Virus record (IMG/VR): IMGVR_UViG_2706794687_000017
From: a virus
Lineage: Duplodnaviria; Heunggongvirae; Uroviricota; Caudoviricetes
Length of the DNA: 14,881 bases
Direction: 5' to 3' (one strand)
Part shown: piece after piece, positions 9,050-14,881 of the stretch
Position numbering within the stretch: the stretch's first letter is position 1
How the letters are laid out: each line of letters opens with the position of its first letter
Position numbers and translations under genes: made by a program
The notes under the pieces: model-generated
What the model was told of the DNA's origin: nothing
Seen by the model: the letters and a program-made list of their open reading frames with translations, nothing else
Database searches by the model: none

Positions 9050-9907
9050 ATGCTGTTTGTGCTTATTCTAAGCCACCGGGCAGCATCATACGGGGCAATT
9101 ATGGCCGCATTACCATACATGCAACTGTACATAGCTGATTACCTGGCTGACACCATGCATTTGTCAGCAGAGGAGCATGGTGCGTATTTGTTGCTGATGT
9201 TCAATTACTGGCAAACAGGAAAGCCAATACCTAAAAACAGGCTGGCAAAAATTGCCCGTCTGACTAACGAGCGATGGGCTGATGTTGAACCATCCTTGCA
9301 GGAGTTTTTTTGCGATAACGGCGAGGAATGGGTGCATCTTCGGATTGAGGAAGATCTGGCATCAGTCAGGGAAAAATTAACCAAAAAATCAGCCGCAGGA
9401 AAAGCATCTGTTCAGGCCAGAAGAAGCAGAAAGGAAGCAGATGTTCAAACAAAACAAGAGAGAAATTTAACAGGTGTTCAAACAGATGTTGAAGTGGTGT
9501 TTGAACATGATGTCAACACAAAGGCAACTAATAAAGATACAGATAAAGATCTAAAAACAGATCCCCCCCTAAATCCCCCCCGGGGGAATCGAGGTGTCAA
9601 AAAGTTTGACCCTCTGGATATTGCTTTGCCGAACTGGATTTCTGTCTCGCTTTGGCGTGAGTGGGTTGAATTTCGCCAGGCATTGCGAAAACCGATTCGA
9701 ACGGAGCAGGGCGCTAACGGGGCGATACGGGAGCTGGAAAAATTCCGCCAGCAGGGTTTTTCACCTGAGCAGGTGATTCGACACAGCATCGCCAATGAAT
9801 ACCAGGGCTTGTTCGCGCCGAAAGGTGTTCGACCTGAGACGTTACTCCGACAGGTTAACACCGTCTCGTTACCGGATAGTGCGATCCCGCCAGGCTTCAG
9901 GGGGTAA
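9050..9907 (+). CDS. ydaU: YdaU, replication-initiation (lambda O-like, DUF1376-type N-terminus) protein, 285 aa
   Basis: Recognised YdaU sequence (...MAALPYMQLYIADYLADTMHLSAEEHGAYLLLMFNYW...). The ATG at 9050 gives the longest form. An alternative ATG at 9101 has a better SD (GGGG at 9092-9095). Confidence 0.85.
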   Translation: MLFVLILSHRAASYGAIMAALPYMQLYIADYLADTMHLSAEEHGAYLLLMFNYWQTGKPIPKNRLAKIARLTNERWADVEPSLQEFFCDNGEEWVHLRIEEDLASVREKLTKKSAAGKASVQARRSRKEADVQTKQERNLTGVQTDVEVVFEHDVNTKATNKDTDKDLKTDPPLNPPRGNRGVKKFDPLDIALPNWISVSLWREWVEFRQALRKPIRTEQGANGAIRELEKFRQQGFSPEQVIRHSIANEYQGLFAPKGVRPETLLRQVNTVSLPDSAIPPGFRG

Positions 9908-9913
9908 CTGACC

Positions 9914-10660
9914 ATGAAAAATATTGCGACAGGCGACGTTCTTGAACGTATCCGCAGACTGGCCCCGTCACATGTAACCGCGCCATTCAAGACGGTAGCG
10001 GAGTGGCGCGAGTGGCAACTTTCCGAAGGCCAGAAACGTTGTGAGGAGATCAACCGTCAGAATCGTCAGTTGCGGGTGGAAAAAATTCTGAATCGCTCTG
10101 GCATCCAGCCATTGCACCGCAAATGCTCGTTTTCGAATTACCAGGTGCAGAACGAAGCGCAGCGATACGCGTTGAGTCAGGCGAAATCCATCGCTGATGA
10201 ACTGATGACCGGGTGTACAAATTTTGCGTTCAGCGGAAAACCTGGTACCGGGAAGAACCACTTAGCGGCAGCTATCGGGAATCGCCTGCTGAAAGACGGT
10301 CAGACAGTGATTGTGGTTACCGTGGCTGATGTTATGAGCGCCCTGCACGCCAGCTATGACGACGGGCAGTCAGGCGAAAAATTTTTGCGGGAGCTGTGCG
10401 AAGTGGATCTGCTGGTTCTTGATGAAATTGGCATTCAGCGCGAGACGAAAAACGAGCAGGTGGTGCTGCACCAGATTGTTGATCGCCGGACAGCGTCGAT
10501 GCGCAGCGTGGGGATGCTGACAAACCTGAACTATGAGGCCATGAAAACATTGCTCGGCGAGCGGATTATGGATCGCATGACCATGAACGGCGGGCGATGG
10601 GTGAATTTTAACTGGGAGAGCTGGCGTCCGAATGTCGTCCAGCCAGGAATTGAGAAGTAA
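9914..10660 (+). CDS. ydaV: YdaV, DnaC/IstB-like AAA+ helicase loader, 248 aa
   Basis: ATG at 9914. Walker [16 protein letters not shown] and Walker B LLVLDEIG are visible. Recognised as Rac YdaV. Confidence 0.9.
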   Translation: MKNIATGDVLERIRRLAPSHVTAPFKTVAEWREWQLSEGQKRCEEINRQNRQLRVEKILNRSGIQPLHRKCSFSNYQVQNEAQRYALSQAKSIADELMTGCTNFAFSGKPGTGKNHLAAAIGNRLLKDGQTVIVVTVADVMSALHASYDDGQSGEKFLRELCEVDLLVLDEIGIQRETKNEQVVLHQIVDRRTASMRSVGMLTNLNYEAMKTLLGERIMDRMTMNGGRWVNFNWESWRPNVVQPGIEK

Positions 10661-10682
10661 TTTTTACCGGGAGGAAATTTTT

Positions 10683-11444
10683 ATGGAGACTGTTTTTGAC
10701 GCACTGAAAGCAATGGGAAAAGCCACATCCATAGAACTTGCTGCGCGACTTGATATCAGTCGTGAAGAAGTGCTGAACGAACTATGGGAACTGAAAAAAG
10801 CTGGTTTCGTTGATAAAAGCGCGTACACCTGGCGTGTGGCTGATAACAACGTTCAGCAGGAACAGCCAATGCAGGCAGAACTGCCGGAAGAAACCACCAC
10901 GGCAACTGTAGTGAAAATCTCAGAGTGCGATTTAACCGCGACGATTGAACAACGCGGACCACAAACGGCGGATGAACTGGCTACGCTGTTCGGTACAACA
11001 TCCCGCAAAGTTGCTTCAACGCTGGCAATGGCAATCAGCAAAGGACGCCTGATTCGCGTAAACCAGAACAGTAAATTTCGTTACTGCATGCCGGGCGATA
11101 ATTTACCAGCAGAGCCGAAAGCTGCATCGGTAGCGGAAACTGATGGTAAAGCCTTTCCTCAGCCAGCCGGTGTTGCGTTACCAGTACAGGAAGCGGCAAC
11201 ACAGGAAGATATTAAAACAGAAACTGTGGCGGACATTGTGCAGTCGCTGCCATCGTTTACTGAAACGCAAGCGGATGACCTAGTTTTACCATCGCTGCAT
11301 ATGGCAAACCGCGAACTGCGTCGGGCGAAAAATCATGTCCAGAAGTGGGAGCGAGTCTGCGCCGCGCTGCGGGAGCTGAACAAGCACCGGGATATTGTCC
11401 GACAGATTGTCGATTCCTCCAGTCGTATTGTGTCGGAAAAGTGA
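10683..11444 (+). CDS. ydaW: YdaW-like putative winged-helix DNA-binding protein, 253 aa
   Basis: ATG at 10683 with GGGAGG SD at 9-nt spacing. N-terminus [43 protein letters not shown] looks winged-helix-like. The symbol is assigned from position after ydaV and is uncertain. The ORF-track start at 10632 overlaps ydaV and lacks an SD. Confidence 0.75.
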   Translation: METVFDALKAMGKATSIELAARLDISREEVLNELWELKKAGFVDKSAYTWRVADNNVQQEQPMQAELPEETTTATVVKISECDLTATIEQRGPQTADELATLFGTTSRKVASTLAMAISKGRLIRVNQNSKFRYCMPGDNLPAEPKAASVAETDGKAFPQPAGVALPVQEAATQEDIKTETVADIVQSLPSFTETQADDLVLPSLHMANRELRRAKNHVQKWERVCAALRELNKHRDIVRQIVDSSSRIVSEK

Positions 11445-11459
11445 TTGCCGGAGGCGCTT

Positions 11460-11876
11460 ATGGCAAAAGTTTTTACACAGGAAGAGCGTGAAAAAATTAA
11501 GGAGCAGGTTGTTGAGTTGGTACGCCAGAGTGGGCGCGAGACGTTAAGGCAACTGGAGGCCAAGACAGGTGCGACAAGATATCTGATGAGCATTCTTGCC
11601 AGAGAGTTGGTTGCCAGTGGCGATGTATACAACTCTGGCTATGGGTTATTCCCGTCTGAACAGGCTCGTAAGGATTGGAAAAACGCCCGCAAAAAACTAT
11701 CCAGGGCAAAGGTGAAAAAAACGGTTGTGGTTGATCCTGACCTTATCTGGTCATTACCAGACGGAGAAATACGCCGCTATGACAGGCGTCAGAACATAAT
11801 CTGTCGCGAGTGCCGGAAGAGTGAAGTTATGAAACGTGTACTGGCATTTTATCAAGGAAATCTTCGGTATTTATAG
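11460..11876 (+). CDS. Hypothetical prophage protein, 138 aa, last conventional gene before the AT-rich cargo
   Basis: First ATG at 11460 preceded by GGAGG (11451-11455). The ORF-track start at 11445 is a TTG. Protein MAKVFTQEEREKIKEQVVELVRQSGRETLRQLEAKTGATRYLMSILAREL is not recognised. Confidence 0.72.
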   Translation: MAKVFTQEEREKIKEQVVELVRQSGRETLRQLEAKTGATRYLMSILARELVASGDVYNSGYGLFPSEQARKDWKNARKKLSRAKVKKTVVVDPDLIWSLPDGEIRRYDRRQNIICRECRKSEVMKRVLAFYQGNLRYL

Positions 11877-12014
11877 ACGTTACTAGATCAAAGAGCATTA
11901 GTTCATATGTAAATTGACATTTTTCTGGCACAGGGGAGAGCTAGCGTGGTTGTCCGCTTTGTGCCAATAGCGGACATTGCTGGCTCATGGTATGTTAGTT
12001 TAAGGAGGCAGGTT

Positions 12015-13037
12015 ATGCCCTGTATTTCGCTGTGGTATAATAGTTGCGCAATTGATACAAGGGAGCGTTACATCGTGAAAATTGTTTTCGAGGTTAATGG
12101 AAAGAAAGTTCCACTAAAATCTTTAAAATACATAAGCAAAAAAGATCAACTCGAAGTAATGAAAAACTGGTTCTTTGAAAACTTTGAAGATCCGGCAAAT
12201 GCTTGTCCGTATGAAAGTAGAGAAGGTGGCTATGCTTACATATATGGCGGGCCGTATGATGCGAGCGAAGAACTACAATCCATCTTCGGTCAATATGTTA
12301 AATCTGAGTATATTGAGGAATTAGTAGATGAATTACAAACACAATGTTTTGACTGGTCTGGAAACTCAAATAATATAGATGATTGGTACGATGATGATAT
12401 CTACGACGCTGTAACGTCTTCCGGTAATCCGTATTTAAAATTCATTGATAATATCGATAAAATAAAAAAACTTGCAAAAGATAAAACTGAACAACAGCAA
12501 AAAAACCACTTGCTTAGTTTGCTCTACACGAATGTTATTACAGCTTTGGAAACGCTTTATGTTGAGCTATTCATTAATTCTATAGAGAAAGATGATGTCT
12601 ACATAGCCAATTGTATAGAAAAAGGTAAGACTGAATTTAAAGTAAGCAAAGATATTGCTGCGTTGCCTTTCAAGGGTGAACCCATCGAGAAAATTAGGGG
12701 AGAGCTAATCAGGTCAATCAAGGAACACTTGATCAGTGCAAGCTGGCATAGCACTAAAAAGGTAATCGACCGCTATGAAGCTACATTCGATATAAAAGTA
12801 CAAAAAGACTGTCCGATAGAAGCTATTGAATTGGCAACCCTCAATCGAAATCACTTAGTGCATCGTGGTGGAAAGGATAAAGAAGGGAACCTCGTAGTGA
12901 TTACAGACCAGGATCTTGAAACGCTGATTGAAAATGCATCGAACCTGGCAATTATGCTCTACAACAGTTTAAATGTAGCAACGAATAAAACCACCATTTT
13001 GCAACCAGATGACAAACCGTTCATTCATGAATTTTAA
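12015..13037 (+). CDS. Cargo gene A: uncharacterised AT-rich protein (about 340 aa; 320 aa if started at GTG 12075) with a C-terminal R-x4-H HEPN-like motif
   Basis: Long ORF. ATG at 12015 is preceded by AAGGAGG (12002-12008) at 6-nt spacing. Codon usage is strongly AT-biased, unlike the flanking prophage genes. Motif NRNHLVHRGG is encoded at about 12843-12872. No family recognised. Confidence 0.8.
   Translation: MPCISLWYNSCAIDTRERYIVKIVFEVNGKKVPLKSLKYISKKDQLEVMKNWFFENFEDPANACPYESREGGYAYIYGGPYDASEELQSIFGQYVKSEYIEELVDELQTQCFDWSGNSNNIDDWYDDDIYDAVTSSGNPYLKFIDNIDKIKKLAKDKTEQQQKNHLLSLLYTNVITALETLYVELFINSIEKDDVYIANCIEKGKTEFKVSKDIAALPFKGEPIEKIRGELIRSIKEHLISASWHSTKKVIDRYEATFDIKVQKDCPIEAIELATLNRNHLVHRGGKDKEGNLVVITDQDLETLIENASNLAIMLYNSLNVATNKTTILQPDDKPFIHEF
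12033..12041 (+). promoter_or_regulatory. Extended -10 element TGgTATAAT (possible promoter for the cargo operon if translation starts at GTG 12075)
   Basis: TG at 12033-12034 and TATAAT at 12036-12041, followed by GGGAG (12061-12065) and an in-frame GTG at 12075. The -35 region is weak (TTATGC). Conflicts with the ATG 12015 start, which has a textbook SD. Confidence 0.3.
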
Positions 13038-13052
13038 TAGCGCAGGTCATAC

Positions 13053-14054
13053 ATGGATATTCGCACACGAAAGACAAAATTTTTAGAGTCGTTAGATTCA
13101 ACTGAAGTGATACGCAAAGCAGTAAGTCTCGCTATAGATTGCATTATTGATAATCATAATAGTAATGAAGATACCCCCTTAGTTATTACCAGCTATGATG
13201 ATCTCTGTAGAATCCAGGTGCTAAATTATGTACAGGAGTTTTGCGAAGCTGCATTCCCTGATATGGATGAATATTACTTTAGTCCTAACATACTTCGCAT
13301 CAACGGCAAGACTAGTGAAGAAGCTTGTATTAACTTAATTAAACTCTTAAGAAGTACAAAAGGCATGCTATTCTGGTCCGATGCCCCATCGTGGTTCGCT
13401 AGCCTCCCCGACGGATTATTCCATGTTGTTAACATTGATCAAAAAATCGTTACTCGCGGCCTTAATAAGAAAAACTCTAAGCCGACAATAATCAATAAAG
13501 ATTACAGTGTAGATACACTACTATCAGAGCTATTTTTGAATGGCGCACACATGGAGCAACCCAACGTACACAACGTTTCTGAGGGAAACATGAAGTTCTA
13601 TGATGAATGCCATGCTGGATTAATCAGACCAATACCCGCTCCAATAGGCGCGTCATACGATGAAGAGATCACAATTAATTCTCCAGATTGGCAAAAGCTC
13701 GCGTGTGTAGCTTTACGCCGCTATCAGTCGAAGGAATGTCATGACGGAATGCAATGGGATACAACCGATCATGGTTGGACTGATGTAATCGCGTATCCAT
13801 TCGTCGAAGAAATACAATCAATGGATAATAGTGGTTATCGACAATGTTTAGTTGGGCTGGTCACAATAAACAATTCAAATGCAAATTCTCCGTACCTATC
13901 TACCGTTTGGATACATCCATTTTATCGCAGGAGAGGGTTATTAAGTAAGTTATGGCCAAAATTACAAGAGTTATATGGAAGTAACTTCGAAATTGAGCGA
14001 CCTAATGAAAATATGAAAGCATTTCTGAAAAGTGCGAAACACGCAGATTACTAA
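13053..14054 (+). CDS. Cargo gene B: uncharacterised AT-rich protein, 333 aa, with a C-terminal GNAT-like (acetyltransferase motif A-like) segment
   Basis: ATG at 13053, 15 bp after the gene A stop (operon arrangement), TAA at 14052-14054. C-terminal CLVGLVTINN...VWIHPFYRRRGLLSKLWPKLQELYG resembles GNAT beta4/motif A (compare the VHPEYRGRGIG pattern). The N-terminal 190 aa or so are unrecognised. Confidence 0.85.
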   Translation: MDIRTRKTKFLESLDSTEVIRKAVSLAIDCIIDNHNSNEDTPLVITSYDDLCRIQVLNYVQEFCEAAFPDMDEYYFSPNILRINGKTSEEACINLIKLLRSTKGMLFWSDAPSWFASLPDGLFHVVNIDQKIVTRGLNKKNSKPTIINKDYSVDTLLSELFLNGAHMEQPNVHNVSEGNMKFYDECHAGLIRPIPAPIGASYDEEITINSPDWQKLACVALRRYQSKECHDGMQWDTTDHGWTDVIAYPFVEEIQSMDNSGYRQCLVGLVTINNSNANSPYLSTVWIHPFYRRRGLLSKLWPKLQELYGSNFEIERPNENMKAFLKSAKHADY

Positions 14055-14615
14055 TTTATGAATCAGTCTGTGGAGTTAGGGTTGGTGTGAACAAGTAGGG
14101 TAAGAGCCTCAACGTGATGCTATGCCGACCTGCTCCCTGAGAATTCACACAGAAGGCTGCTAGCAATGTCTGCAGATCGCTCAAAGCGGACTAAAATGTT
14201 GGCTTGTTTCTGACTTAGAGCATTTAAGGAAGTGCTGGTGGTGACTGGTTGTTGTGTTCCATTTCTACAGAATAAAATCACAGAAACTATACCCAATAGT
14301 TGTATTGAATCACTGACGAGACAGCCTCATATTTATCAGGACTGGTGTGCGTCTAATACAGGGGGTTGTCGTGCTGGTTCTCAAATGTGCGCTGGCTATT
14401 GCGGCTGTAATGGCAATTTATTGTCTTGCTGTTGTTCTTATGGAGCGGCTTTCTGATTGATTACATACTGGCTAGAAAAAAGGTGTTACCTTGGTTTATC
14501 TTTGTCCGGCAAGGTGCGCTCATTAATCTTAAGTAAATTTATTGCTCAAGTATTCAGATTACTTCTTATGGTTGAAGTCTCCTGTCAATGTAGAACCAAT
14601 ATATTTACAAAAATG

Positions 14616-14645
14616 AGACCCGTCGGGGATAGCCCTGCCGGGTCT
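14616..14645 (-). terminator. Imperfect GC-rich hairpin followed on the minus strand by a U-run; likely intrinsic terminator for the convergent gene at 14675-14881
   Basis: agacccg (14616-14622) pairs with cgggtct (14639-14645), with an inner ggg/ccc pair. On the minus strand the stem is followed by ATTTTTG (rc of 14607-14613). Confidence 0.45.
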
Positions 14646-14674
14646 GACTGTTAAAGCATTTTTAATATGATCAT

Positions 14675-14881
14675 CTATTTTTTGGTGCTATAGACTTTTT
14701 CGCCCGAAAAGTCTGGAGCGACCCAAAAGTTAATATTAAACTGAGCATCATCGCTTAGTTCAACACGGTGCCAGTATTGTGGTGGGCTTGTTGCAAAAGC
14801 GCCAGCATTAATGACTACTTTTATCTCCGGTTCAGTAGCATTCTCATCAGTAAAACCATAATATGTTACAGTGCCTTCCAT
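14675..14881 (-). CDS. Unidentified protein, C-terminal 68 aa visible; the ORF probably continues beyond the window end
   Basis: Open minus-strand frame reaching the window edge, convergent with the cargo operon, with a hairpin downstream of its stop. Protein not recognised. Confidence 0.45.
   Translation of the reverse strand: MEGTVTYYGFTDENATEPEIKVVINAGAFATSPPQYWHRVELSDDAQFNINFWVAPDFSGEKVYSTKK

Larger units (their letters stand above)
1..14881. mobile_element. Rac-type lambdoid prophage, integrase-proximal arm (attL lies outside the window, left of position 1)
   Basis: Contiguous synteny of integrase, excisionase-like gene, recET recombination module, kilR, sieB, repressor/cro-like switch and O/P-like replication genes, all recognised from recalled K-12 Rac protein sequences. 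Confidence 0.88.

Noticed and set aside
8346-11041. Minus-strand ORFs inside ydaS-ydaW (8346-8528, 8651-8875, 8697-8945, 9478-10053, 9968-10261, 10332-10550, 10664-10849, 10756-10962, 10853-11041, 11333-11632, 11497-11709) and plus-strand 9594-9776
   Set aside because: All are antisense or out-of-frame within recognised plus-strand genes. High-GC shadow ORFs.
11946-12014. GTG start at 11946 for cargo gene A (the ORF-track 363-aa form)
   Set aside because: No ribosome-binding site. The extension runs through the 11952-11975 hairpin. ATG 12015 or GTG 12075 are much better supported.
14457-14654. 65-aa ORF starting with TTG immediately after the Cys-rich ORF
   Set aside because: TTG start with no SD. 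It runs through the terminator hairpin. Likely non-coding.
1-14881. CRISPR arrays, tRNA/rRNA genes, IS elements
   Set aside because: No regularly spaced direct repeats, no tRNA-like cloverleaf candidates and no transposase-like ORF or terminal inverted repeats were seen on reading the sequence. A tRNAscan/Infernal run would be the decisive check for the RNA genes.

Overview
This window is the integrase-proximal (left) arm of a Rac-type lambdoid prophage of the E. coli kind, followed by a compositionally foreign two-gene cargo operon. Minus strand, 1-6306: intR, an excisionase-like gene (ydaQ position), ydaC, ralR, recT, recE, racC, ydaE and kilR. Plus strand: sieB (6748-7236), then after the racR/ydaS divergent immunity switch the early-right block ydaS-ydaT-ydaU-ydaV, a ydaW-like gene and a 138-aa gene (8364-11876). 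Gene names come from my recollection of the K-12 Rac protein sequences and gene order, not from a database search. At 12015-14054 sits an AT-rich operon of two genes (about 340 aa and 333 aa) that I cannot assign to any known family. The first protein has an R-x4-H (HEPN-like) motif near its C-terminus and the second has a GNAT motif-A-like segment. This is my best candidate for an undescribed accessory system, most plausibly an anti-phage or toxin-type module carried as prophage cargo. It is followed by about 620 bp without a convincing gene and a convergent hairpin terminator. Four N-masked blocks (1440-1740, 3746-4021, 7239-7534, 7855-8114) hide parts of ydaQ/ydaC, recE, the region left of racR, and racR itself. 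The ORF track uses GTG/TTG as well as ATG starts, so several listed ORFs are longer than the real genes. I saw no rRNA, tRNA or CRISPR array.
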